From IMG/VR virus record IMGVR_UViG_3300032330_001040, positions 32,001-96,000 of that record: a stretch of DNA of 64,000 nt. One strand, 5' to 3'. A model generated the notes under the pieces. That model had not been told where the DNA came from and did no database searches. It saw only the letters and a program-made list of their open reading frames with translations. This DNA is from a virus (Duplodnaviria > Caudoviricetes). A program made the position numbers and the translations under genes. Positions 48,607 through 58,308 of this stretch are shown here, piece by piece; the first letter of the stretch is position 1; the number at the start of each line of letters is the position of its first letter.

Positions 48607-49043
48607 TAGAATTTTAAAGTCCCAATTGGTATTTGAACTTGTGTGATATTACCATCAGCACCGGTAACAGTTAATGAAATTTGGTCGGCTGTTTTGGTAT
48701 AAACAATTGTGTTACCTTCAATCGTAACAGTTCCACTATTTTGTGGATTTTCTCCAAAAAGATTGTTAACTAATTGTGTAGACAACTGAGCATATACACG
48801 GCTTTCGAAATTATTTAAAAACTTTTGAAGATTTGTATTATTGGCGGCTGTTGCCGCATCTTTGATAGCTTGTAGTCTAGCGGCTTCTAAAGATTGTCTA
48901 CGAGTAGTTTCAGTATTTTCTATTGTTTGAACGTGTGAAGAATACCCAACACCACTAAATGAAGGAGATTTAAATTGAAACGTTTGTTCTGCACATACTA
49001 AACTACTTTTTAGTATTAGTAGAATCATTATTAGTTTTTTCAT
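48606..49043 (-). CDS. csgF: Curli assembly factor CsgF
   Basis: Signal peptide then FQFKSPSFSG (CsgF FxNPxFGG-like)...FLNNFESRVYAQLS...ITQVQIP. Confidence 0.8.
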   Translation of the reverse strand: MKKLIMILLILKSSLVCAEQTFQFKSPSFSGVGYSSHVQTIENTETTRRQSLEAARLQAIKDAATAANNTNLQKFLNNFESRVYAQLSTQLVNNLFGENPQNSGTVTIEGNTIVYTKTADQISLTVTGADGNITQVQIPIGTLKF

Positions 49044-49278
49044 CTTTAATGTCTCGCATCATCAACACAATGTTGATTTTTTGGTTTAACCTAATTAAAT
49101 CATTATCCAACATTCGTACACGGTCAATTAAAGCAATTAAAACATTACTGGCTTCTGAAAGAACAGGTTTAATCTCCTGTGTAGCCCATTTCCATACATA
49201 AAATATAAGATAACCCATGCCTCCAGCGGCAACAATAGGAAAACCATATTTGTTAATTAACTCTGCTATATCCATCAT
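49003..49278 (-). CDS. Small single-pass membrane protein (GFPI motif, coiled coil)
   Basis: LINKYGFPIVAAGGMGYLIFYVWKW + LIDRVRMLDNDLIRL; paralog of 49469..49747. Confidence 0.7.
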   Translation of the reverse strand: MMDIAELINKYGFPIVAAGGMGYLIFYVWKWATQEIKPVLSEASNVLIALIDRVRMLDNDLIRLNQKINIVLMMRDIKDEKTNNDSTNTKK

Positions 49279-49466
49279 ACAGGTATGTATTTTTCTGTTT
49301 GATATTTTTGTCTAGCTAATTTTGTTAATTTTGCTTGACAAGTTCTAATTTCTTTTATTAAATCAGTTTCTTTTGCATCAATTAGGTAAGAAATGGCAAA
49401 ATTGGCTGCATCTTCAAAATTGATAGCTGCATCTTCTAAATCATCCATACTTTTATATAACGGCAT
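49275..49466 (-). CDS. Hypothetical protein
   Basis: 63-aa ORF tightly packed in the operon. Confidence 0.5.
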   Translation of the reverse strand: MPLYKSMDDLEDAAINFEDAANFAISYLIDAKETDLIKEIRTCQAKLTKLARQKYQTEKYIPV

Positions 49467-49468
49467 TT

Positions 49469-49747
49469 TTAATCCTTTCTCGCATCATTTTTTCCATCGG
49501 CTCGTGCAATACGGTCGATATCTGGTTTTACACCCATAGCGCTTGACATCAGAGTATCAATTCTGATAACATCATGGTTCATTGTTTTAACACGATTGTC
49601 TAATGCGGTAATAATACCACTCAACGATTTGACAGAGGATGTAACCCCAGCAAGAATGAATTTTAAAGTCAAAAACACAAAATAACCAGCAGAAATTGCT
49701 GCGGCTATTGGAAATCCTACTTCAGCAACTAATTTAAAAAAGTCCAT
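49469..49747 (-). CDS. Small single-pass membrane protein (GFPI motif, coiled coil)
   Basis: LVAEVGFPIAAAISAGYFVFLTLKF + ALDNRVKTMNHDVIRID. Confidence 0.7.
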   Translation of the reverse strand: MDFFKLVAEVGFPIAAAISAGYFVFLTLKFILAGVTSSVKSLSGIITALDNRVKTMNHDVIRIDTLMSSAMGVKPDIDRIARADGKNDARKD

Positions 49748-49754
49748 TTTTATA

Positions 49755-49783
49755 TTGACAATTGAGTTAAATTATAGTATAAT
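49755..49783 (+). promoter_or_regulatory. Consensus sigma70 promoter for the gp43 operon
   Basis: TTGACA-17 nt-TATAAT. Confidence 0.75.
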
Positions 49784-49817
49784 CAATGATACATCAATAT
49801 ATGTTTCAATACATACT

Positions 49818-49825
49818 TATTTATG
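49818..49825 (-). promoter_or_regulatory. Candidate late promoter for the minus-strand curli operon
   Basis: CATAAATA on minus strand, identical to the motif before gp13, ~70 nt upstream of the first ATG. Confidence 0.45.
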
Positions 49826-49861
49826 CCAGTTAAAGCCAGTTAAATTTATAAAGGAAATCAA

Positions 49862-50170
49862 ATGGATATTAAAATTTTGAAGTTAATTACAGGTGAAGAA
49901 GTTCTCGGAGAAGTTGAAATTGAATCTGAAACAGAATTTGTATTAGTAAATGTCGTTGGAGTTGCAATAGTTCGTGGTAAAGATGGTCAGCCAAATGTTG
50001 GATTTGCACCATTTCCTATGCACGCTGAGCCAAAAACAGGTCAATCTATTGCCTTTGCTAAGAAAAATGTAGTATACTCCTATGTTCCAGCACAAGAATT
50101 TATAGATAATTATAATCAAATTTTTGGTGCCGGTATCGTTCTTCCTAATAAACAACTTATCGTAGGTTAA
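49862..50170 (+). CDS. Conserved T4-like hypothetical protein (Sm-like) upstream of gp43
   Basis: IKILKLITGEEVLG...GFAPF...YNQIFGAGIVLP. Confidence 0.7.
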   Translation: MDIKILKLITGEEVLGEVEIESETEFVLVNVVGVAIVRGKDGQPNVGFAPFPMHAEPKTGQSIAFAKKNVVYSYVPAQEFIDNYNQIFGAGIVLPNKQLIVG

Positions 50171-50171
50171 T

Positions 50172-52709
50172 TTGAATTTTTATACAAGCGTACAAAGTTT
50201 TAGTAATTATATCCTTTATCGGGGTATAAAAAATGGTAAAAGAGTGAAAGAGAGGATTGATTATTCTCCTTCACTTTTTCTACCTTCTAAACGAATAACT
50301 AATTATACCAATCTTGAAGGTGAATATCTCGACCAGAAAATCTTTACTGATATTCGGACGGCTAGAGAATTTATTAAACAATTTGATGGTATTCCAACAT
50401 CACCAGTTATCCATGGCCAAACTAGGTATGAGTATGCCTTTATTGCTGATGAACACAGAGGTATGGTTGATTATGATTTTGAGAAGGTTTTAATTGGTGT
50501 AATCGATATTGAAGTTGGTTCTGAAAATGGTTTTCCTGACCCGTATGAAGCCAATGAACCAATTACTGCTATTGCTATCACCTATCTCAATGATAAAACA
50601 TATGTGTTTGGTTGTGGTGTTTATGAAACACCAGGTGACGAAATCTATGTAAAATGCAAAGATGAATATACTTTATGTAGGAAATTCATGGAACTTTGGA
50701 CTAAAAAATGTCCAGATATCGTTACTGGTTGGAATACAAAGTTCTTTGATATACCATATTTGATTAATCGTTTTCGTAAAATTCTTGGAGAACCCGATTC
50801 TAAAAAATTATCTCCATGGAATTTTATTGGTGAACGTAAAACAACAATAAATGGCCGACAATTAATTGCGTATGAGTTGTTAGGAGTCGCATCTCTTGAC
50901 TATATAGAGTTATACAAATGGTATGCTCCTGGTGGTAAATCACAAGAGTCATATCGTTTGGATGCTATTGCTCAAGTTGAGCTTGGTGAAGGTAAAATTT
51001 CATATGATGAATATGATAATTTACACGCATTATATCGATTAAACTTTCAAAAGTTTATTGAGTATAACATTAAAGACGTACAACTTATTTTACGTTTAGA
51101 AGATAAGTTAAAGTTGTTAGAATTGGCAGTAACTTTGGCATACGACACAAAATCAAACTTTGAAGATGTATTTGCACAGACCCGTATGTGGGACGCAATG
51201 ACGTATTCTTATTTGTTGGAAAAGAATATCATTGTGCCACCTAGGATTGTAAAAGAAAAAGATGGAATGTTTGAAGGTGCTTATGTTAAAGAAGTTCAAG
51301 TTGGATTACATGATTGGGTTGCCTCATTTGACTTAAACAGTTTGTATCCTCACTTAATGATGCAATACAATATTAGTCCAGAAACACTTATTGAACCACA
51401 AGACTATTCGGATGAAATGCGTAAAATTTTATCAGAAGGTGTAACTGTAGATAGGTTGTTAAAGAAAGAAATTAACACAGATGGTTTAGTAACTGCAACG
51501 TTAACACCAAACGGACAATTCTTTCGTACAGACACTAAAGGTTTCTTACCTACAATGATGGAAGAAATGTATACCGATAGAAGTAAGTTTAAGAAGATGA
51601 TGTTGAAGGCGAAGCAAGAGTATGAAAATGAAACTGATGAGAGTAAGAAATATGAAATTGAAAAACGAATTGCTAAGTATAATAATATTCAGTTGGCAAA
51701 AAAAGTCTCCCTTAACTCAGCTTACGGTGCTCTTGGTTCTCAGTATTTTCGTTTTTATGATTTACGCATGGCACTTGGTGTCACAACAGCTGGTCAATTA
51801 AGTATTCGTTGGATAGAAGCAAAGTTAAACAATTACATGAATAAGGTACTAGAAACAAAAGATGTGGATTACGTTATTGCGAGCGATACTGATTCAATTT
51901 ATCTTCGTCTTGGAGAATTGGTTAATCGTGTCTACAACTCACGAATACCTGATACAGAGGATGTTATCAAGTTCATGGATAAAGTCTGTAATGATAAACT
52001 GCAACCATATATTGATAATTGCTATAAGGAACTTGCTGAGTATCTTAAAGCACCTACACAGAAGATGCAGATGAAACGTGAAGGTTTGTCTAACAAAGGA
52101 ATCTGGACTGCCAAGAAACGATATATTCTGAACGTATATAATAATGAAGGTGTACAATATAAAGAACCTGATATGAAAGTCATGGGTCTTGAGATGGTAA
52201 AATCATCTACTCCATTTGTAATTCGAGAAAAGATGAAACAAGCAATTAAGATTATGATTAACGGTACAGAAAATGATATGCACAACTTTATTTCTGAATT
52301 CAAAGAAGAATTTAAGAATCTTCCACCAGAAGAAATATCGTCACCAAGAGGCTGTAATGGCTTAGCTAAATATCAGGATGCTCTATCGTTATACAAATTA
52401 GGTACACCAATTCATGTTAAGGGTGCTATATTGTATAATCATTATCTTAATAAAATGGAGTTAACCAAAAAGTATCCTTTGGTTCAAGAAGGTGAGAAGT
52501 TGAAGTATAGTTATTTAAAGATGCCAAATCCTTTTAAAGATACAGTCATATCTTTTCCAGGAAGATTACCTAAAGAATTTGGATTACATGAGTTTATTGA
52601 TTATGATACACAGTTCGACAAATGTTTTTTAGAGCCCATCAAAGTTATTCTTGATTGTATTAAATGGAAGACCGAGAAGATGAGCACACTTGACGATTTT
52701 TTTAGTTAA
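50172..52709 (+). CDS. gp43: Family B DNA polymerase
   Basis: DIEV exonuclease, SFDLNSLYPH, KVSLNSAYG, SDTDSIY, KKRY; TTG start. Confidence 0.98.
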   Translation: MNFYTSVQSFSNYILYRGIKNGKRVKERIDYSPSLFLPSKRITNYTNLEGEYLDQKIFTDIRTAREFIKQFDGIPTSPVIHGQTRYEYAFIADEHRGMVDYDFEKVLIGVIDIEVGSENGFPDPYEANEPITAIAITYLNDKTYVFGCGVYETPGDEIYVKCKDEYTLCRKFMELWTKKCPDIVTGWNTKFFDIPYLINRFRKILGEPDSKKLSPWNFIGERKTTINGRQLIAYELLGVASLDYIELYKWYAPGGKSQESYRLDAIAQVELGEGKISYDEYDNLHALYRLNFQKFIEYNIKDVQLILRLEDKLKLLELAVTLAYDTKSNFEDVFAQTRMWDAMTYSYLLEKNIIVPPRIVKEKDGMFEGAYVKEVQVGLHDWVASFDLNSLYPHLMMQYNISPETLIEPQDYSDEMRKILSEGVTVDRLLKKEINTDGLVTATLTPNGQFFRTDTKGFLPTMMEEMYTDRSKFKKMMLKAKQEYENETDESKKYEIEKRIAKYNNIQLAKKVSLNSAYGALGSQYFRFYDLRMALGVTTAGQLSIRWIEAKLNNYMNKVLETKDVDYVIASDTDSIYLRLGELVNRVYNSRIPDTEDVIKFMDKVCNDKLQPYIDNCYKELAEYLKAPTQKMQMKREGLSNKGIWTAKKRYILNVYNNEGVQYKEPDMKVMGLEMVKSSTPFVIREKMKQAIKIMINGTENDMHNFISEFKEEFKNLPPEEISSPRGCNGLAKYQDALSLYKLGTPIHVKGAILYNHYLNKMELTKKYPLVQEGEKLKYSYLKMPNPFKDTVISFPGRLPKEFGLHEFIDYDTQFDKCFLEPIKVILDCIKWKTEKMSTLDDFFS

Positions 52710-52718
52710 AGGAATATT

Positions 52719-53780
52719 ATGAGTTTATTAGATAAAATCAAAAAAAATAGTACGATTCAAGAATCATCTATTTTATCAAAATCAAAATTGTTTACAGAAA
52801 AAGATATGATTCCCACTTCTGTACCAATGATTAATGTAGCACTTAGCGGTAAATTGGATGGAGGTTTAACTCCAGGTCTTACTATGTGGGCAGGTCCATC
52901 AAAACATTTTAAGACCGCTTTTTCACTTTTGATGGCAAAATCTTACTTGGACAAATATGAAGATGCAGCGTTACTTTTCTATGATTCAGAATTTGGTACT
53001 CCACAATCTTATTTTACTTCCTTTGGAATTAATCCTGATAGGGTTCTTCATTCTCCTCTTACCGATATTGAAGAATTAAAGTTTGATATAATGAAACAAT
53101 TGAGTGAAATCAAACGTGGAGATAAACTCATTATTGTGATTGATTCAATTGGTAATTTGGCATCAAAGAAAGAAGTTGATGATGCGATGGATGGAAAATC
53201 TGTTGCTGATATGTCAAGAGCAAAACAAAATAAATCGTTGTTTAGAATGATTACGCCACATTTAAATCTCAAAGATATTCCAATGATTGTAGTTAATCAT
53301 ACATACAAAACTATGGAATTATACTCTAAAGATGTTGTAGGTGGTGGTACTGGTTCGTATTATTCTGCTGATAATATTTTTATTATCGGTCGTCAACAAG
53401 AAAAAGAAGCTGGCGAAGTCAGCGGTTACAATTTTATAATTAACGTGGAAAAATCAAGATATGTTAAAGAAAAATCTAAAATCCCTATTACTGTTAGTTT
53501 TACTGGTGGCATTAGCCGATGGAGTGGTCTACTTGACGTTGCTCTCGATTCAGGACACGTTACCAAGCCGTCAACCGGGTGGTATAGTAAGGTCGATGAA
53601 GATGGTGTAATTGAAGATAAGAAATATCGTATTGCTGATACCAACAATAAAGAATTTTGGTTATCAATTCTTAAAATGAAATCATTCCAAGATTATATTG
53701 AAAAAACTTATCGTGTCGCTTCTGGTGATATTTTAAGTGATGGTGAAGGTGGTTTAATGGAGGAAATGGCAAATGCTTGA
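52719..53780 (+). CDS. uvsX: RecA-like recombinase UvsX
   Basis: AGPSKHFKT, YDSEFG, DSIGNLASKKE, GGGTG.YYSAD. Confidence 0.96.
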   Translation: MSLLDKIKKNSTIQESSILSKSKLFTEKDMIPTSVPMINVALSGKLDGGLTPGLTMWAGPSKHFKTAFSLLMAKSYLDKYEDAALLFYDSEFGTPQSYFTSFGINPDRVLHSPLTDIEELKFDIMKQLSEIKRGDKLIIVIDSIGNLASKKEVDDAMDGKSVADMSRAKQNKSLFRMITPHLNLKDIPMIVVNHTYKTMELYSKDVVGGGTGSYYSADNIFIIGRQQEKEAGEVSGYNFIINVEKSRYVKEKSKIPITVSFTGGISRWSGLLDVALDSGHVTKPSTGWYSKVDEDGVIEDKKYRIADTNNKEFWLSILKMKSFQDYIEKTYRVASGDILSDGEGGLMEEMANA

Positions 53781-54096
53781 AGGCTTTGATTATTGTTTCA
53801 TATACCCTAAAAATGATGCTCAAGCTGTACATATTCGTTTAATGACTGGACCTTATACTGATACCATATTTAAATATGGTAAAGTTAAATTTGAGGAAAA
53901 GAATGGCGAAATGCATTTACTTTTCGCCTATGATGTGTTAGAATCTACTATTAACAAGCCAAAAAAATTGGAAAAAGATTTGGCATTTAAGAACTACATT
54001 GGTGATTTACTAGTGGAGATTATGAGTAGTAATATAGATGAGGAAATTATTGATGAAACTGGAACAAGCGATATTAACCAGTCTGATTTACAATGA
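53773..54096 (+). CDS. Hypothetical protein (T4 gp40 position)
   Basis: FKYGKV...F.YDVLES...IGDLLVEI; between uvsX and gp41. Confidence 0.6.
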   Translation: MLEGFDYCFIYPKNDAQAVHIRLMTGPYTDTIFKYGKVKFEEKNGEMHLLFAYDVLESTINKPKKLEKDLAFKNYIGDLLVEIMSSNIDEEIIDETGTSDINQSDLQ

Positions 54097-55438
54097 AGAT
54101 TATTTAAGAAAAGTTTTACCATTTTTAAACGAAGATTATTTCTCTGATAGAACAGAGAGGACAATATTCAATGAAATTACACAATTCACGCAAACTTATA
54201 ATAACTCGCCGGAGATTGCAGCACTTAGTATTGCCGTCAAGGAAAAGAACAATCTTACAGATGAAGAAGTTCAGAAGTGTGAAGATTATCTCAAAGAAAT
54301 GTCAAAGGATAGCGACCCAAAAACCGAGATTCAATGGCTTGTTGACAAAACCGAAAAGTGGTGTCAAGAGAAGGCCATATACAATGCAGTATTGGGGTCT
54401 ATTTCTATTCTCGATGGGAAAGATAAAAACCGGGACAAAGGTTCAATTCCCAAAATATTATCGGATGCTTTAGCAATAAGTTTCGATACAACCGTAGGAC
54501 ATGATTACTTAGAGGACTCAGATGAAAGATACGATTTTTACCACCGTAAAGAAGAAAGAATTCCCTTTGATTTGGACTGTTTTAACAAAATCACAAAAGG
54601 TGGACTCCCAGCGAAAACGCTTAATATTGCTCTTGCTGGCACGGGAGTTGGTAAATCTCTCTTTATGTGTCATGTGGCTTCAGGATGTATGGTACAAGGC
54701 AAAAACGTATTGTATATCACTATGGAAATGGCAGAAGAAAAAATAGCAGAACGTATTGATGCTAATCTTCTTAATGTTACTCTTGATGATTTGATGGGTT
54801 TACCTAAAGATATCTATGACAAAAAAGTTGCTCGTGTTCGTGATAAATGTACCGGTAAATTAATCATTAAAGAATATCCAACGGCTTCGGCTTCAACTAT
54901 ACACTTTAAAACATTGCTCAATGAACTCAATCTTAAAAAGTCTTTTGTACCTGACATTATCTTTGTGGATTATCTTAATATCTGTTGTTCTTCTCGTATT
55001 AAAGCAGGCGCAAATATTAACTCCTATACCTACGTCAAATCGATTGCAGAAGAACTTAGAGGTCTTGCAGTTGAGTATAATGTACCTGTTGTTAGTGCCA
55101 CACAGACTACTCGCTCAGGATTTACATCAAGCGATCCTGGTCTTGAAGATACCTCCGAATCATTTGGACTCCCAGCCACCGCAGACTTAATGTTTGCTTT
55201 GATTACAAGTGAAGATTTAGAAGCACTTGGTCAAATTATGGTCAAACAATTAAAGAATAGATATAATGACCCATCTTATTATAAAAGATTTACAATTGGT
55301 GTTGATAGAGCTAAAATGAAATTATATGACATTGAACAATCAGCACAAATTGGTATTGCTGACGCAGGACACAATGACAAACCATTAAACACTTTTGGCA
55401 ATCGTGATAGCAATAAATTTGAAGGATTTAAAGTATGA
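54053..55438 (+). CDS. gp41: Replicative helicase
   Basis: AGTGVGKSL, IIKEYPT, VDYLNIC, SATQTTR, ESFGLPATAD, KQLKNRY. Confidence 0.97.
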   Translation: MKLEQAILTSLIYNEDYLRKVLPFLNEDYFSDRTERTIFNEITQFTQTYNNSPEIAALSIAVKEKNNLTDEEVQKCEDYLKEMSKDSDPKTEIQWLVDKTEKWCQEKAIYNAVLGSISILDGKDKNRDKGSIPKILSDALAISFDTTVGHDYLEDSDERYDFYHRKEERIPFDLDCFNKITKGGLPAKTLNIALAGTGVGKSLFMCHVASGCMVQGKNVLYITMEMAEEKIAERIDANLLNVTLDDLMGLPKDIYDKKVARVRDKCTGKLIIKEYPTASASTIHFKTLLNELNLKKSFVPDIIFVDYLNICCSSRIKAGANINSYTYVKSIAEELRGLAVEYNVPVVSATQTTRSGFTSSDPGLEDTSESFGLPATADLMFALITSEDLEALGQIMVKQLKNRYNDPSYYKRFTIGVDRAKMKLYDIEQSAQIGIADAGHNDKPLNTFGNRDSNKFEGFKV

Positions 55439-56544
55439 TATTAGAAAGAGAAGATGCTTTAGTTTGCGCTAAAGCATTTCACGATTATTTTAGTGACTTT
55501 GGTAGCATAGAACAATACATGAGAGATGAGAAGTTAAAGTCTGTTAATGAAATACCACAGTCTTTATTTCCTCCAGAAGATGATTTATTTTCTGATTTCT
55601 CGATGCATCCAAAAGATATGGATATTGAAGTTATTGAAATTCCCAATAATACATGGGAAACATTACTTGCCATTACATCTTCTCATGTTAATAAGGCACC
55701 AGTTGGAAGAAACATCCAATTGGCAGTCAGAGAAAAAAACACACAAAAGATTCTAGGATTCATTCGTTTAGGTTCACCAGTTATCTATATGAAACCTCGT
55801 AATGAAATGATTGGACAGGTTTGGATTCAAAATCCAGACTGTGCCAAAAGGTTTAATGCTGCGAGTATCATGGGCTTTGTAATTGTACCAAGTCAACCTT
55901 TTGGTTTTAACTATCTTGGTGGTAAACTATTAGCAGCTATCTGCACTTCACATACTGTGAGAGAAATCTGTAATAAAAAATATGATATGAACCTTTGTTT
56001 ATTTGAAACTACCAGTTTATATGGTTCTACTAAACAAGTATCACAATATGATGGTATGAAACCTTATATCAAATTCAAAGGATTAACCGATTCTGATATG
56101 GTTCCAATGATGCACGGTGAACGATATGAATCATTAAAGAACTTTGTGGAAAGTAAAGTTGGAGATTTATTAGGTGGAGATGAATCAACTACAAGTAGAA
56201 AACTTAGGAGCTTTACCAAGATAATAGCTTTAACTAAAGCAGCACTTAAAGGTACTGATGAAGGATTGGCATTCAGCTTAACGATTGATAACGCTAAAAA
56301 GTTGACAGAGAAAAAAAGATATTATGTGTCAGACTATGGTTTTAGTAACATGGTTGACTATATGAATTGTCGTACAGACCAATTGGTAAAAGGCGAGAAC
56401 TATAATAAACACGAATTGGTAAACATTGTTGAATGGTGGAGAAATAAAGCTATAAATAGATATGAAACTCTCAAATCAGAGGGTAGACTAAGAACAGAGC
56501 TTGAAGTATGGACTTCAGGTAAAGACATTCAAATCATTAGGTAA
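55435..56544 (+). CDS. DUF4338 / Druantia DruA-like protein (copy 2)
   Basis: IVPSQPFGFNYLGGKLLAAIC...ETTSLYG...SQYDGM. Confidence 0.6.
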   Translation: MILEREDALVCAKAFHDYFSDFGSIEQYMRDEKLKSVNEIPQSLFPPEDDLFSDFSMHPKDMDIEVIEIPNNTWETLLAITSSHVNKAPVGRNIQLAVREKNTQKILGFIRLGSPVIYMKPRNEMIGQVWIQNPDCAKRFNAASIMGFVIVPSQPFGFNYLGGKLLAAICTSHTVREICNKKYDMNLCLFETTSLYGSTKQVSQYDGMKPYIKFKGLTDSDMVPMMHGERYESLKNFVESKVGDLLGGDESTTSRKLRSFTKIIALTKAALKGTDEGLAFSLTIDNAKKLTEKKRYYVSDYGFSNMVDYMNCRTDQLVKGENYNKHELVNIVEWWRNKAINRYETLKSEGRLRTELEVWTSGKDIQIIR

Positions 56545-56547
56545 AAA

Positions 56548-58308
56548 ATGGCTGACGCAACTTCTACTCTAAAACAATGGAATCCAAAAATTCTTTTAGA
56601 ATTGTTAGGAGAAAAAAAGTATAATTTTACTGCTGAAACAACTAGTGATAAAGGTGCAATAAGATTAATTGTTTATACTCCAGACAGACTTAAAGACCAA
56701 CCAAAATTTGAGCAAGAATTAACCAAATTAGCAAAAGTTAAAAGTAATAATTTATCTTGGCAACCATCAAGTTCAAAGAGTGGTTCAAAAACTATTACAC
56801 CTACTGAAGTTACCATCAAAGATAAAAAATATATTCTTTTATATAAGCCTTTGTCTAGTGATCCTGGAAATACCAGTTCAGCTGATAAGTTTGGTAAATT
56901 AACAATAAAATTAAAACCTTCTGAGATTAGTTCTTTAACATCAATATCACTCAAAACTGCTGTACCTGACGTATCAAAAAGAAAGTCTGAATATTTCAAA
57001 AAGAATGAAAAAGAAAAGGGCGATGAATTATATCCAATAGAAATAACAAATAAATGGTTAACACCAGAACAAATGGTTAAAAGAACCAAATATTATTTAC
57101 ATTCAAAATCAACTCAAGTAACAAAAGATGGAAGTGGAAAAGCAAGAAAAGGACTCGATTTACCAAAAGATGTAGTAAATGAATTCGATAACTTGTTTGC
57201 TAGGGTATTAGACAATACTTCAACTTCTATTAAAGTCAATCTCAGTTTATCACCAGCATCTGCTGAATTTTTTGAAGTTTTAAGTGCTGTAAAAATGGCT
57301 GTTTTGTTGAGAGCTAAAAATAAATATCTTATACAAGATGTTTTGTTCTTACCAAAAGAAGATATAAGAGGTTCTATACAACCAAAAATCCTTATTCCTA
57401 AAGCTGCAAACTTTCCATTACTTGATTACTATGTGAGTATTAAAAAATTAACAGGTAATCATGAAATTGATACAAAAAATGCAATAAAGATTAGTGTTAA
57501 ATCTCACATATCTTCACCTACAGTAGAAACAAATACAATTAAACTAGACCAAGTATTTCATTCTGAACAAGAATTGATGCAATGGTATTCTGGAATTAAA
57601 GATTCAACAACAAAAGCTAAAGAAAAATATCCAATGCAAGTTGCTGAATCTGCTTTAGAATTGAAAAAATCTAGTGGAGCTGGAGCTATGTTTCCAATTG
57701 AAACACTTTCGAAATTTTTAGTTGAAGGGATTGCAGAACAAACTAAAAAAGAGTTAATTACTAGCCTTGAAAAATTTGGACAAAAAAATATAAATGCGTT
57801 TGAATCAAAAACATATTCGAAAACACAAATATTAAATGTTATAATTAAAACAATAAAAACTATAGGTCCAAAACTTAAAAGTTACAAAAAAGAAACTCTT
57901 TTGTCTGATGCTGGTATTAAAAACCAAGATTTGGTTATTATGACAGAACTTTTTAAAAAAATATTAGCAACCGATAAAATAAAACCAGAACAAGTTGGAA
58001 TAACTGTACAAAATTTGGCATTTATATGTGAAAGAATATTAGCTACAGGTTCAAAACCCGTTTCACATTTAAAATTAAATTTTTATAAAATGTTTTATGA
58101 CCAAGTTTTAGATAAATATGAAATAGCTTATGCTATGCCGACAATTAATAAAAAAGGCGGAGATACAGTAAAATTTAAATATCTTGCTGTTAAAAATTGG
58201 AATAAAGAATATGAAGAAATTAAAAAACAAGCCGACCAATATTGGTTACAATTAAGAGGTAAGAGCGGTACCAACAAAGTTAATGATGCTATAGGAATAT
58301 CCGTATAA
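56548..58308 (+). CDS. Large Lys-rich hypothetical protein, possible restriction-endonuclease-like fold
   Basis: EFFEVL...NFPLLDYY...IKISVKS resembles E..PD..(S)xK variants. Confidence 0.4.
   Translation: MADATSTLKQWNPKILLELLGEKKYNFTAETTSDKGAIRLIVYTPDRLKDQPKFEQELTKLAKVKSNNLSWQPSSSKSGSKTITPTEVTIKDKKYILLYKPLSSDPGNTSSADKFGKLTIKLKPSEISSLTSISLKTAVPDVSKRKSEYFKKNEKEKGDELYPIEITNKWLTPEQMVKRTKYYLHSKSTQVTKDGSGKARKGLDLPKDVVNEFDNLFARVLDNTSTSIKVNLSLSPASAEFFEVLSAVKMAVLLRAKNKYLIQDVLFLPKEDIRGSIQPKILIPKAANFPLLDYYVSIKKLTGNHEIDTKNAIKISVKSHISSPTVETNTIKLDQVFHSEQELMQWYSGIKDSTTKAKEKYPMQVAESALELKKSSGAGAMFPIETLSKFLVEGIAEQTKKELITSLEKFGQKNINAFESKTYSKTQILNVIIKTIKTIGPKLKSYKKETLLSDAGIKNQDLVIMTELFKKILATDKIKPEQVGITVQNLAFICERILATGSKPVSHLKLNFYKMFYDQVLDKYEIAYAMPTINKKGGDTVKFKYLAVKNWNKEYEEIKKQADQYWLQLRGKSGTNKVNDAIGISV

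Noticed and set aside
41642-49747. Host-genome contamination or prophage boundary at the minus-strand block
   Set aside because: Composition resembles the flanks, a phage-type late motif precedes it, and phage genes (regA/hsp20/tRNA cluster and gp43) flank it on both sides; no integrase or att-like repeats seen
50172-55438. Introns or inteins in gp43, uvsX or gp41 (also checked gp17, gp20, gp23)
   Set aside because: Lengths and motif spacing look like uninterrupted T4-like orthologues
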